This document shows positions 1 through 9,370 of a stretch of DNA of 64,000 nucleotides, piece by piece. How positions within the stretch are numbered: the stretch's first letter is position 1; every line of letters begins with the position of its first letter. Position numbers and translations under genes: made by a program. The notes beneath the pieces were generated by a model. It made no database searches and had not been told where the DNA came from. It was given only the letters and a program-made list of their open reading frames with translations. Source of the DNA: a virus. The stretch is from the IMG/VR virus record IMGVR_UViG_2920580016_000001, positions 1,614 through 65,613 of that record. One strand, written 5' to 3'.

Positions 1-549
1 GAGCTCTATCGCGTCGGCAGGAATCTCGCCCTTGAACCCGATTTGCGCTTTGCGGCCATCCTCAAGCACGGCCAGGCCGGAGAGTTCTGTGGGGTAACGC
101 TCTTTGAGCTTGGCGCCGACTTCGTTCAGGCGCGGCTGCCAGGCTATCGTTTCGATAGCCTCTTCGAGGGTAATGTTGTTGCCTTTGGCGGCAACCTTCA
201 TGTCGGTCAACTCGCTGACCCACAGGTCGTCGATCTTCATTTCGGGCTCGACGACCGCTGGATCCAGCCCGTCTGCTCTCGCTCGTGCGGTGACGCTCGG
301 ATTCGTTGCCACTGCGTGAGCCACATGGGCGTCAATTGCGTCGGCCAGGCTGATGTTCTGCTGTTTTGCGGTGCGTTTGATCGCTTCCAGGGTGGGGCGC
401 TTCGGGATGGCTTGAGATTCCCGGGGAAGGGCGATAATCGTTCGATCGCTGTTCGTGGTGGACGCTTGGGATGGAGCGACGAGCGCGGATGTCAGCAGCG
501 ATGCTAGTGCGACAGTGATCAGAATCTTACCCTTGGCCGGTAACTGCAT
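1..549 (-). CDS. Secreted protein, 5' part only (runs off the window edge); possibly a protease pre-pro region
   Basis: Not in the ORF track. My translation from ATG at 549 (GGAGG RBS upstream) is open to position 1: MQLPAKGKILITVALASLLTSALVAPSQA... with a Sec signal peptide. Lower GC than the phage core. Confidence 0.6.
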   Translation of the reverse strand, partial: MQLPAKGKILITVALASLLTSALVAPSQASTTNSDRTIIALPRESQAIPKRPTLEAIKRTAKQQNISLADAIDAHVAHAVATNPSVTARARADGLDPAVVEPEMKIDDLWVSELTDMKVAAKGNNITLEEAIETIAWQPRLNEVGAKLKERYPTELSGLAVLEDGRKAQIGFKGEIPADAIEL

Positions 550-819
550 CGAACCTCCGTGCGATCTTGACAAAGTGTCTTGATCATAATCAAAGGCTGC
601 CGCGCCCAGCACAAGAGATCAACAAGCGGTCGTGATCAATTTGATATCTGGTAACCCGACACCTCATATCATCGAGCCGCAGTTGGCAGGAGGTATTTAT
701 CCCTCAGAAGCCGGTGAGACCCCCCGAAGGGGGCGACCAGACCTGAAGTTTCCCTCATCTTCCACTTGTTACAGATGGGCGAGTCCGTCGCATTAGCGAT
801 GCCGTGCAGAAACGCGAAG

Positions 820-860
820 AAGGCCCTCTGCTCGCCCGGAATGGGCGAGCAGAGGGCCTT
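820..860. terminator. Intrinsic terminator ending the late/lysis operon
   Basis: Perfect 18-bp stem AAGGCCCTCTGCTCGCCC-ggaat-GGGCGAGCAGAGGGCCTT just downstream of the holin stop. Confidence 0.85.
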
Positions 861-883
861 GTCGGCCTGTCCTTCGGGGGATG

Positions 884-1270
884 CTACGGCAGCTTCTCCT
901 CGACCACGACGACGTGCGCGACCGGGCCGGACCTCGGGCTGACCTGGCCGCGCAGCACCAGGCCGAGCACCGCCGACACCAGCAGGATGAACGCCGCCGT
1001 CTGCGCCGGGGTGAGCACCAGCCAGAAGTGCGAGACCCCGGTGAGGATCGTGGAGACCGCGCCGGTGAGCGCCGAGACGACCCACGGCCGGGTCTGGACG
1101 GCGACGATGAGTGCCAGCACACCGGATCCGATCGTGGAGATGTAGCCTGCGGCGGTCTCGGTGAGGCCGAGGGCGGGGATGGTGACGAGGAACGCGAGCA
1201 GCGCGTTCAGGATGTAGAGCAGGGCGGCCGGTTCCTGCCCCCACACGGTGGGGGTCTTGCTGGTGGACAT
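884..1270 (-). CDS. Holin (4 predicted TM segments)
   Basis: MSTSKTPTVWGQEPAALL...RGQVSP; GGAGG RBS; directly downstream of the endolysin; typical actinophage holin pattern. Confidence 0.8.
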   Translation of the reverse strand: MSTSKTPTVWGQEPAALLYILNALLAFLVTIPALGLTETAAGYISTIGSGVLALIVAVQTRPWVVSALTGAVSTILTGVSHFWLVLTPAQTAAFILLVSAVLGLVLRGQVSPRSGPVAHVVVVEEKLP

Positions 1271-1350
1271 GATGCCTCCGAGCATGCGAAAGGCCCGCCG
1301 TTCGGCAGGCCGCGAGAGATAGAGCTGGGCGAGGGAGTGCAGGCCGTCCA

Positions 1351-2112
1351 TCAGCCGACGCGCAGCAGCGCGGCCCACGTCTTCGGCCCGCACACCCCGT
1401 CGTCCTGCACGCCGGCGGCCCGCTGGGCGTGGCGTAGCGCGTCGTGCAGCGGCTCGCCGAACACGGTGTCGTCCACGCCGCCGTTGACGCCGTACCCTCG
1501 CGCGTGCAGCAGATAGAACAGCGTCTTGACGTGCCAGCGGAGCGGGTCGTTCTTGTTCTTGCCCGCGCCGAGACGCAGCGTCGGCAGCTTCTTCACGATC
1601 TCCTCCGTCCAGTACCGCTCGGGCTTCGGCTTCGCGGCGGCGGTGGTGCCGAGGTAGGCGGGGTAGCCGAACCCGGCCACGTTCTCGAGACTCCGCCAGC
1701 GGCGCATGACGCGGTTCTGTGTGTTGCCCTCGATCGTGACGATGGTCCGGCCGCCGTCGCGCACGGCCTCGACGAGGCCGACGTGGTCGATGCGCTTGAT
1801 GTCGCGGGTGCCGCCCCAGTCGAAGAACACGATCGCGCCCTTGCGCGGGGTGTGCCCCCACTGGCCGCGGTTCTTGAACCACTCGGCGTGGCCGACCGTC
1901 CACGCGTGATCTCCGACCACCGGCAGCAGCCCGGCCTTGTTCGCGCACCAGGCGATGAACATGTCGCACCACGGCGCGAGCGCCCACGACGACGGTTTGC
2001 CGTGCCGTTTGGCCCACCAGGACCCGAACACCGTCCACCCCGAGGGGCTCTCGGTGTAGCCGAGCTGCGCGCGGGCCTCCGCCAGGAGACGGTCCACGGG
2101 TGTCCTGGCCAT
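1351..2112 (-). CDS. Endolysin: CHAP amidase/peptidase plus C-terminal peptidoglycan-binding domain
   Basis: PWCDMF (catalytic Cys), DHVGLV (His), TIEGNT; C-terminal DDGVCGPKTWAALL PG_binding_1-like motif. Confidence 0.92.
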   Translation of the reverse strand: MARTPVDRLLAEARAQLGYTESPSGWTVFGSWWAKRHGKPSSWALAPWCDMFIAWCANKAGLLPVVGDHAWTVGHAEWFKNRGQWGHTPRKGAIVFFDWGGTRDIKRIDHVGLVEAVRDGGRTIVTIEGNTQNRVMRRWRSLENVAGFGYPAYLGTTAAAKPKPERYWTEEIVKKLPTLRLGAGKNKNDPLRWHVKTLFYLLHARGYGVNGGVDDTVFGEPLHDALRHAQRAAGVQDDGVCGPKTWAALLRVG

Positions 2113-2384
2113 CACACGCGCTCCGGCCAATGCCAGGTGCCGGGCTCGTCGCCAGGCGGCACGTTGAACTCGTGGAAGAAGCCCTGCGCGCCGGGAGTGA
2201 ACACCAGCAGATGCACGTGCTGGTCGCTGTCCAGCGCGGGCACCGCGCCGACGCGGACGCCCTCGGGGTCGAGAGTGTCGATGTCGGCCGTCACGATGGC
2301 CGCGCGGACGGCGTGCAGACCGTGCTTGCCCCGGTAGCGGACGATCCGCCCGGTCGTCGGGCGGGGCTCAGCCTTCTTGCTCAT
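2112..2384 (-). CDS. Phage hypothetical protein (PTTGRIVRY...WHWPERV)
   Basis: Coupled to the endolysin by a TGATG overlap; high-GC codon usage. Confidence 0.7.
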   Translation of the reverse strand: MSKKAEPRPTTGRIVRYRGKHGLHAVRAAIVTADIDTLDPEGVRVGAVPALDSDQHVHLLVFTPGAQGFFHEFNVPPGDEPGTWHWPERV

Positions 2385-2544
2385 CGGTGGCCACCTCCTC
2401 GTCTTCGATGGCGCTGCCGGGCTCCTGCGGCAGCTCCTCCTGGTCGGGGTCGAGCGCCGATACGCCGGCGTCGGCGAACGGCGCCACCGGGAGCGGGTCC
2501 TGGCCGTCCAGGATCGGGACTTCCTCGTCTGAGGCGTTGGACAT
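2368..2544 (-). CDS. Small acidic hypothetical protein
   Basis: AAGGAGG RBS; MSNASDEEVP...; overlaps the next gene. Confidence 0.55.
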   Translation of the reverse strand: MSNASDEEVPILDGQDPLPVAPFADAGVSALDPDQEELPQEPGSAIEDEEVATDEQEG

Positions 2545-2711
2545 GCTGACCTCCTTGAGGGCGAGCCAGTCAGCGACGGAAATCTTGAGCTCGTCGTCGC
2601 TGATGCGGATGGGAAGAACGGCGGGCACAACGAGCACGCCGTCGCGAACGGGCAGCACCAGCAAGGCAACCCGTACCTTTCTGGTAGCGGCCGGGCCGGG
2701 ATACTCAGGCC

Positions 2712-2912
2712 ATGGCGAAGAACAGCAACGGCAAGGGCGGCGCCAGCAAAGGCAGCACAGGCGGCAAAAGCGGCAAGCGCAACGGCCCGTCAGCGAAGGA
2801 CAAGGCCAGCGCGATGCGGTCCGCGTCGCGCCACCCAGACGACCCCCTGAACACGTCAGGCGCAGCGAAGCGGATCCAGGCAGCACACGACAGGAACCAG
2901 CCCAAGAAGTAG
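2712..2912 (+). CDS. Small basic hydrophilic protein (moron, antisense to the late operon)
   Basis: 66 aa, Gly/Lys/Ser-rich; AAKRIQAAHDRN motif; fills the gap exactly and converges on the gene ending at 2914. Confidence 0.55.
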   Translation: MAKNSNGKGGASKGSTGGKSGKRNGPSAKDKASAMRSASRHPDDPLNTSGAAKRIQAAHDRNQPKK

Positions 2913-2913
2913 T

Positions 2914-3222
2914 TCAGCTGCGGGTCAGCGAGATCAACGAGATGACCGTGCCCGCCACCAGGAGCAGCACGGTCACGATGGCGATGATCAGTCGGGTGCG
3001 AGCGCCAAGGTCATTGCGGGTGACGGCAGTGCGCTCCAGCTCGGCCAGCCGTGTGTCCTGCTCGTCCACGCGCGTGGCCAGCTCGGCGTGCCGGTTGTCC
3101 ACCTGGTCGAGGCGTTGCAGGATCAGGGCCGTCTGCCCGGAGGTGCGCTCGAACCCGACCTCGACGAGGCGGCGCAGCGTCTCCAGTGACACGGCCAGGC
3201 TGGGCATGTCGTCGGTGCTCAC
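2914..3222 (-). CDS. Coiled-coil protein with a C-terminal TM helix (lysis-cassette membrane protein)
   Basis: GTG start overlapping the upstream stop (GTGA); heptad region followed by LIIAIVTVLLLVAGTVISLI. Confidence 0.7.
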   Translation of the reverse strand: MSTDDMPSLAVSLETLRRLVEVGFERTSGQTALILQRLDQVDNRHAELATRVDEQDTRLAELERTAVTRNDLGARTRLIIAIVTVLLLVAGTVISLISLTRS

Positions 3223-3896
3223 ACGGCACCTCCCGGCGGGGGCTGCATGCCGACGAATGTCCCGCCGGGCTTGAGCTGGAACGTGGGCTGCGGGAGCTTG
3301 TCGGCGCGGGAGGCGCGCAGCCATTCGACGGCCATGCGCCGCGCTTCGACCCGTACGGGGTCGAGGCGGATCAGCGACGTGATCGGCTCCAACGGGTCCG
3401 GAGGTGCGGCCCGCGTGCTGCCGACGTACGCGAGCGCTTCCGCGCGCAATGCCTGCGGGGCGGCCTCCATTCGGACCCGGTGCTGTTTCACCGCGGCAAT
3501 CCGGGCGAGGTAGGCGGCGCGCCGCTCCTCGTCCGGCACGCCGGGCGTCCAGCAGGTGGGCAGGCCGTGCGTCGCCTGAAGCACCGCCACGGCGGACGGG
3601 TCGGCGGTGCGGGTGAGTACGTCGTCCGGTGCCGGGATGTACGGCTCATGCAGCGCCACGTCCAGCAGTGTCGTGATGTCGTCCGGGTCGATCCCGTACA
3701 GGGCGCACCGCCACTCCAGCAGCGTGTGCGGCAGCGCGTGATGGATCTCCACCCCGGTCGCCGGCGCGAACTGGTAGACGCACCACAGCGGTTCGGCCCC
3801 GTCCACGTGGGGCGCGACCGGCGTGGACGTCTCGGCCAGGGGCGTGTGGGTGTAGGACAGTTCGGCGTCCCACACCTGCACCACCTCAGCAGGCAT
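3219..3896 (-). CDS. Tail-associated hypothetical protein (possible fibre chaperone)
   Basis: Directly follows the large tail protein; RBS present. Confidence 0.6.
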   Translation of the reverse strand: MPAEVVQVWDAELSYTHTPLAETSTPVAPHVDGAEPLWCVYQFAPATGVEIHHALPHTLLEWRCALYGIDPDDITTLLDVALHEPYIPAPDDVLTRTADPSAVAVLQATHGLPTCWTPGVPDEERRAAYLARIAAVKQHRVRMEAAPQALRAEALAYVGSTRAAPPDPLEPITSLIRLDPVRVEARRMAVEWLRASRADKLPQPTFQLKPGGTFVGMQPPPGGAV

Positions 3897-3917
3897 GATC
3901 AATCCCCTTCATGGGTG

Positions 3918-6647
3918 TTAATGGCGGTGCGACCACCAGTAGACGGCGAACCCGTCCGGGAACGACGAGCTGATGCGGAACCCGGTCGTCAGCGACTCGG
4001 TCACGTACCACGAGCCCGACGGCGTGTGCGACGTCGGGCTGGCCAGGCCGCGCCGCAGCACGGAGACCGGCCCCATGTTCCCGTCCATCTCCGTGCCGTA
4101 GCTCACAAACCGGATGTTCGCGCCGGACCCGGCCGGGCTGAACCTGATCGACCCGGCCAGGATGCCCGCCGTCGCGCCCAGCACGGTGAAGTCCCACCAC
4201 TTGCCGACGTGCCGGGTGCGGCCGGTGTTGTCGAACCAGAAGTATTGTTCGCGGGCGGCGTCCTTGAAGTACCCGTACCGGGCGTAGGACTCGGCGAGCT
4301 CCATGAGGCCGCCGTTCGGGTCCGTGAGGGTGGCGTCACGGACCTGCATCTGCATGAACCCAGCGGCGATCGTCGTCTGGCTGGCTGCGGTGACCGCCGA
4401 GTTGGTGCCCGAGGTGACCTCGAACGTGGCCTCGCCCGTGAACCGGTCGTCGCGGGTGCGCAACCTGGTGTAGTTGGTGCCGGACGCGGCGGGGATGAAG
4501 CGGATTTCCGGGTAAGTCGCGCCGGGCGGAGCGAACTCCAGCCGCCGGCCCGAGGCCGCGGTGCGGATGAACGCCCCGGTGATGGTCTTGCCGTCGATCG
4601 CCGTGGCGGTCAGCGCCGCCGCGTCCACCGATCCGGCCGCGAGCTGGTCCACCGTCACGCAGTTGGCACGCAGGTGCGGGGTGTCGATCGCCAGGGCTTG
4701 GATCAGCGCGCCCGTGATCGTGTTGGCGATCAGGGCGTCGGCGGCGTTGACCGTCCCGTCGATGATGTTCGCGCCGTCCAGCACCTTGCCAATCACGTCG
4801 GCGTTCACCAGCGGCTGCGTGGCGATTGACGCGGAGGTGGAGGGAGCGGATTCGTTGCCGCGCCGGTCCACCGCCGTGAGCCGGAACCATCTCGGACTGT
4901 TGTACGGCTGGTCGGTGACGAGCGCCGCCCCAGCCGCCCGCAGGTGGTCCACCACCTGGTAGGGGCCGTCTGCCGCGCTGGCCATGTGGACGCGGACGTG
5001 CTCGAAGTCGGCGGGCATCGGCTCCCCCACGCTGCCGAGCCCGTCCCACGCGGCCTCGATCACCCCGAGCCGCGTGGACAGGACCGGCGCGGACGGCACG
5101 GGCGGCGGGGTGACGTCGTCCGGGACCAGGACCACGAACTCCGAGCTGAACACGCCCTTGGTGCCCTGTGCGGTGGCTCGGACCTTGAACGCGTACGTGG
5201 TGTCCACGACCAGCGGGCTGTAGGTGGCCGTGGTGTCGTCGGAGGTGGCGATCAACCGCCACACCTGGCCCACGGAGTTGACGCGGGCGTACACCTCGTA
5301 GCCGTCCACGTCGAGCGCCACACCGTTCACATCGGCGACGACTGGCGACCAGGTCGCGGTGATCTGCCCGCGGGCGAACCCGTGCTCGTCCACGTACGCC
5401 GCGGTGGCCACGATGAGCCCGGTCGGGGCTGCGGCGACCCGCCCGGACGGTTCCGGCGCCGGAGCGCCGCCCGTCCCGCCGGAGGAGACGCCGCCGGCCA
5501 GGATCCCCGCGGCCTGGCGGGCGAGCCTGATCTCGCGTTCGATGAACCGGTCGTGGAGGACGAGGTTGCCGCCGAGCCCGCCATCCTGGTCTACCGACAG
5601 CGTGATCTGGCGGACCCTCACCGGCTCCATCACGCCCTCGTCGGCGGGCGCGAGCACCACGTCACCCGGCCGGTAGTGCACCAGCGGCAGGAAGCGTGCC
5701 GCGCCGAACCGGATGCCGCGCGTGAGCTGGGTGCGTTCCCGGCCGACGCGTTCGAGCGCGTTCGTGCCGAGGAGGATCGCGGTGCCTTCGTCCGTGACGC
5801 CGCCCTGCGACTGCGACGTCTCCCACCTCCCCCACGGCTGCGGCGCGGACGGGTTGGTCACCTCGACCGCGAGGCCCTTCTCTCCGCGCACGAGGATCGC
5901 GGTCACCAGATCCTCGAGAGTCGCCGTCGCCGGGGCGTCGTCGATGTCCCTCCCCAACCGCAGATCCACCGGGCCGGGACCGGTGGCCAGGTCCTCGCCC
6001 AGGATGGTGCCCTCGTTGTAGACGCGGAGGGTGCGGCCGGACATCGTCCAGTCGAGCACCCCCTGCTCCGACAGGTTGATCAGGAGAGTGAGCAGGTCCG
6101 TGCCGGGCTCGATCTGGAGGGTGAGCGTCTTGTCCCACGGCTGACCAGCGCTGTCGTGGGTGGTGGTGAACGCCACCGACAGGCCGGGCAGCGCACCGCG
6201 GGCCTGGCCTTCGTCCACGAAGGTGCGCAGGATCGCCCCCGCCGACACGGCCGAGAACGGCCGCTTGTCGTCAGCCATGACCGGGCCGGCGTACAAGACG
6301 AGCTTGCGCAGCATCCACGCATAACCGGGGCACTCGTACGTGCGGGCGCCGGTGGCGTCGGTGGCGTTGCTGCCGCGTTTGATCCGCAGGAAGCGTGCGT
6401 CGTTCGGTTCCAGCCAGGGGCCGCCGCCGATCGACACCTCGACGGCGATCTCCACAGGTTGCGTAAGCCAGTCCGCGCCCGCGCCGGCCGCCGGGTACGT
6501 CGCCTTGAGCGACGGCACGTCGTTGAGTGGGAGTCCGGCCTCGAACCCGAGGTGGTGCGGCAGCACGCCGAGTCGGCCGCTGTTGGGGGCGTAGGCGATC
6601 AGGCGCAGATCGTACGGCTCAGCCGTCCCAGGGGTGATGACCTGCAC
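3918..6647 (-). CDS. Large minor tail protein / central fibre: hub (Tal-like) N-terminus, two Fn3-like domains, beta-helix repeats
   Basis: GTG start with GAGGAG RBS; Fn3 signatures (PTGL...W...Y.FKVRA; WFRLTAVDRRGNESAPS); repeats ending IDGKTITGAFIRT. Confidence 0.85.
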   Translation of the reverse strand: MQVITPGTAEPYDLRLIAYAPNSGRLGVLPHHLGFEAGLPLNDVPSLKATYPAAGAGADWLTQPVEIAVEVSIGGGPWLEPNDARFLRIKRGSNATDATGARTYECPGYAWMLRKLVLYAGPVMADDKRPFSAVSAGAILRTFVDEGQARGALPGLSVAFTTTHDSAGQPWDKTLTLQIEPGTDLLTLLINLSEQGVLDWTMSGRTLRVYNEGTILGEDLATGPGPVDLRLGRDIDDAPATATLEDLVTAILVRGEKGLAVEVTNPSAPQPWGRWETSQSQGGVTDEGTAILLGTNALERVGRERTQLTRGIRFGAARFLPLVHYRPGDVVLAPADEGVMEPVRVRQITLSVDQDGGLGGNLVLHDRFIEREIRLARQAAGILAGGVSSGGTGGAPAPEPSGRVAAAPTGLIVATAAYVDEHGFARGQITATWSPVVADVNGVALDVDGYEVYARVNSVGQVWRLIATSDDTTATYSPLVVDTTYAFKVRATAQGTKGVFSSEFVVLVPDDVTPPPVPSAPVLSTRLGVIEAAWDGLGSVGEPMPADFEHVRVHMASAADGPYQVVDHLRAAGAALVTDQPYNSPRWFRLTAVDRRGNESAPSTSASIATQPLVNADVIGKVLDGANIIDGTVNAADALIANTITGALIQALAIDTPHLRANCVTVDQLAAGSVDAAALTATAIDGKTITGAFIRTAASGRRLEFAPPGATYPEIRFIPAASGTNYTRLRTRDDRFTGEATFEVTSGTNSAVTAASQTTIAAGFMQMQVRDATLTDPNGGLMELAESYARYGYFKDAAREQYFWFDNTGRTRHVGKWWDFTVLGATAGILAGSIRFSPAGSGANIRFVSYGTEMDGNMGPVSVLRRGLASPTSHTPSGSWYVTESLTTGFRISSSFPDGFAVYWWSHRH

Positions 6648-6757
6648 GTCGCTCCTCTCAGGCGTGCGGCACTGATGGGATGGGCCGCCACGGGATGGGC
6701 CGTTGGCCCTTTCTAAACTCGACGCTTGAGCGTTCGCCCCTGGGCTGGGTCCGCCAG

Positions 6758-7435
6758 CTATCGGTGCCCTGCTGGCTTCTCGCTGTTGCTTCGCTCTTCC
6801 AAGGGGACCGGACGAGTGGTGCCGGATCTCGGGTTGGATGACCCAGTGAAGCGACGCGTTGGAAATTCCGGACTTGCCTCTCGCCAGAAAACGAAGATCG
6901 CGACAGTGAGCAGGAAGATCGTCAAGGCTAGGCCGTAGAGGACGAAGAGCCAAGCTCCCGGGACTGCGACAGCGACGCTCACGGCGATGGCCAAAGCCGA
7001 GGTTACCGGGAAGACTGACCGTATCGCCCAATAGGCGAGCCATCGCCGGGGCATCGGGTGTTCTTGAACGAAATGTTCCCAGCCGAGGCATTCCTGGCCT
7101 ACACGAGCTTCGACGACTGTCCGGAGGTATGTTGCGATCCGGGTGATCGAGTGGGCCTTGTACAGCCACACGAGGCCAAGTACGAGCGATAAGAGCGGGT
7201 AGATCAGGATGATCGCAGCGTTCTTGGCCTGTAACCCCACAGGGAGGATAGCGCCGAAGGCCACAACAGCCAGGGTGATCATCTGAGCCTGAAGCTGACA
7301 AAGTTGAACTATTTCCGCTCGCAGGCTGGCGTACTGGGTGATGGCTATTTGGGTGAGGTCCCAGTTAGGAGACGTAACCTCTTCTGTGCCGGGGCGAGCG
7401 ACTTGGGCACGACCGATGCGGGAGAAAAGATGCAT
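6758..7435 (-). CDS. Four-TM membrane protein (moron)
   Basis: Lower GC; QYASLRAEI followed by 4 hydrophobic helices; inserted between two tail genes. Start uncertain. Confidence 0.7.
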   Translation of the reverse strand: MHLFSRIGRAQVARPGTEEVTSPNWDLTQIAITQYASLRAEIVQLCQLQAQMITLAVVAFGAILPVGLQAKNAAIILIYPLLSLVLGLVWLYKAHSITRIATYLRTVVEARVGQECLGWEHFVQEHPMPRRWLAYWAIRSVFPVTSALAIAVSVAVAVPGAWLFVLYGLALTIFLLTVAIFVFWREASPEFPTRRFTGSSNPRSGTTRPVPLEERSNSEKPAGHR

Positions 7436-7484
7436 GCTTCCATACCAACTCATGGACGCCGATGGCGCGGCGTAGCTCTCCCTC

Positions 7485-8642
7485 TCAGGGACGGTGGGCG
7501 AGGTGGGCGATACGCCGCCGTAGCCGGATCTCGTTGTCGGCGAGCCGGTCATCGAGGACAAGGTTCCCGCCGGCCACCCCGCGGTCGGTGCGCGTGAGCG
7601 TGATCTGGCGGACGCGCAACGCGACCCGCTGCCCCGCTTCGCCGGGGGCGTAGATGCGGTCGCCGGGCAGATAGTCCCGCAGAGGCAGCCACCGGGTGTT
7701 GTGCGCGAACAGCAGCTCGCGGGTGCGTTGGACGCGCTCGACCGCTCCGCGCACGAGCAGGGAGCTGCCGACGAGGTTCGCGGCGTTCGTCTCGGAGACG
7801 CCGACCTGGCGGACGCTGGTCTCCCACCGGCCCCACGGCAGCGGGGTGCCGACGTTCGTCACCTCCTGGCGGAAGGAGGCGTCGCCGACGACGTACGCCG
7901 CGCTTGCCATGTCCTCCAGGGTGCCGACGTCGGGCGCGGCGCGGATGTCCCGGCCGCCTGCCAGTTCCACCGGGTTCCCGCCGGTGGTGAGGTCGCGGAA
8001 GATGGCGGTGCCGGGCCGCCACGCCGACAGGGTGCGGGGGCCGGTCATGCGGATGTCGATCAGGCCCGCGTCCACGAGCATCAGCAGGACCGCGAGGACG
8101 TCGGTGCCGAGCGGGATGCCGAGGCCGAACGTCTGGTTCCATGTCAGGCCCGCGGTGTCGAGGGTGCCGGTGAACGTCCACCCGAACCCGGATAGGGCGC
8201 CGCGCGCTTGGGCTTCGGTCAGCAGCGAGTTGATGATGAACCCGGCGGTCGCGTTCGGGGTCGGTGAGCCGTAGACGCGCTGCCCGTTCACGGGCGTGAT
8301 GGAGGCGTGCGCGTACGTGACGGCTTTCTTCAGCATCCACAGGTAGCTGGGGCAGTCAAAATGCCACACGCCGGATGGGTCAAGGCTGTCGCCCCTGCGG
8401 AGCATCCGCAGAAACCGGCCGTCGCCGTTCTCGGTCCACACGTTGCCGTCCGCTGACCACTGGACGCCGATCTCGCACGGCGCTGCGATCAGGTCTGCGC
8501 CCACGGCATGGGCGGAGTAGGCGAACTTCAGGCCAGGGACATCGTTGAGCGGCCAGGCGGCCTGGATGTACAGCGGGTGGGGGAGGATGCCGAGTCGCGC
8601 TCCGTTGGGGGCGTAAGCGACGAGCCTGAGGTCGAATGGCAC
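7485..8642 (-). CDS. Minor tail protein / baseplate hub (Tal-like), paralogue of the N-terminal part of 3918..6647
   Basis: Follows Dit; colinear similarity to the larger gene (DLRL.AYAPN..RLG.LPH, PLNDVP, PWGRWETS, RVRQITL, GGNLVL.DR). Confidence 0.8.
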   Translation of the reverse strand: MPFDLRLVAYAPNGARLGILPHPLYIQAAWPLNDVPGLKFAYSAHAVGADLIAAPCEIGVQWSADGNVWTENGDGRFLRMLRRGDSLDPSGVWHFDCPSYLWMLKKAVTYAHASITPVNGQRVYGSPTPNATAGFIINSLLTEAQARGALSGFGWTFTGTLDTAGLTWNQTFGLGIPLGTDVLAVLLMLVDAGLIDIRMTGPRTLSAWRPGTAIFRDLTTGGNPVELAGGRDIRAAPDVGTLEDMASAAYVVGDASFRQEVTNVGTPLPWGRWETSVRQVGVSETNAANLVGSSLLVRGAVERVQRTRELLFAHNTRWLPLRDYLPGDRIYAPGEAGQRVALRVRQITLTRTDRGVAGGNLVLDDRLADNEIRLRRRIAHLAHRP

Positions 8643-8677
8643 CAGCCCCCCTTAACGGAATGACCCACCTTATCCGG

Positions 8678-9232
8678 CTAAGGGTTTACCGTCCCCTCTG
8701 CCTCAGGGTTTGCAGAGTGCGGAAGCAACTGCGCATCGGCTCGCCATGAGGGCGTCCTAGTGGTTACACAGTAGCGTTCTCCACCGTATAAAGATTCGTA
8801 CTGTATCTCAAACTCGATGCGCTGTTCAATCAGTTTCCGAAAAGCGCCATGCTTTGTCCGATTCCAGGCGTCCATGCTCAAAAGAAACATGCTCTCACCA
8901 GATGGGATGCCCATACCGTCGGAGAGCGAGGAGGCGCCCGGACGAGGCACTATGCCAGCACGCGCCTGTCTGGATGTCACTCTGTTCCAGGCTCCCAAGT
9001 CGTGCCCGTCGAGCCACGCCCGAGTGCCTGTTATGATGGCCGGACCGAGGCCGATGTTCTGCAATTCGATGCCAGACACTTCTCCTTCAACCGTGCGGAG
9101 ATTCAACTGGAGAAGAGGGCGCACGGAATGGCGGTTGTGCAGCCGACTGGCTCTCAATTGGTAGATGGACACCGTCAGGGATGCGATTGCAATGATAGTG
9201 GCGCTGATGGCAATTACGGTTTGCGCATCCAT
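8678..9232 (-). CDS. Membrane-anchored protein (moron)
   Basis: Low GC; N-terminal TM (MDAQTVIAISATIIAIASLTVSIY); HNRHSVRPLL...N.GLGPAII; AGGGGAG RBS. Confidence 0.7.
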   Translation of the reverse strand: MDAQTVIAISATIIAIASLTVSIYQLRASRLHNRHSVRPLLQLNLRTVEGEVSGIELQNIGLGPAIITGTRAWLDGHDLGAWNRVTSRQARAGIVPRPGASSLSDGMGIPSGESMFLLSMDAWNRTKHGAFRKLIEQRIEFEIQYESLYGGERYCVTTRTPSWRADAQLLPHSANPEAEGTVNP

Positions 9233-9370
9233 CTGAACTCCCCTTACCCGCTTGACATTCTTGCTTCGAACGTAGAGTCCGCTTGGTGCAAGAGCAACAG
9301 GCTGTCGTGATGCACGAGACTGTCTATCGCCATCCAATGAAGATCGTTTTATGGGATCGAAGACGCCCTC

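Noticed and set aside
43-507. Plus-strand 154-aa ORF
   Set aside because: Shadow of the minus-strand secreted-protein gene, which has an RBS and a signal peptide.
6648-7301. N-terminal 217 aa of the 1127-aa tail ORF
   Set aside because: It overlaps the membrane moron in another frame; the real start is the GTG at 6647 with an RBS, matching the paralogue's start.
3918-8642. Diversity-generating retroelement or invertible tail-fibre switch
   Set aside because: No reverse transcriptase, no near-identical TR/VR pair with adenine-specific differences, and no invertase or inverted crossover sites. The two tail genes are co-oriented and diverged throughout.
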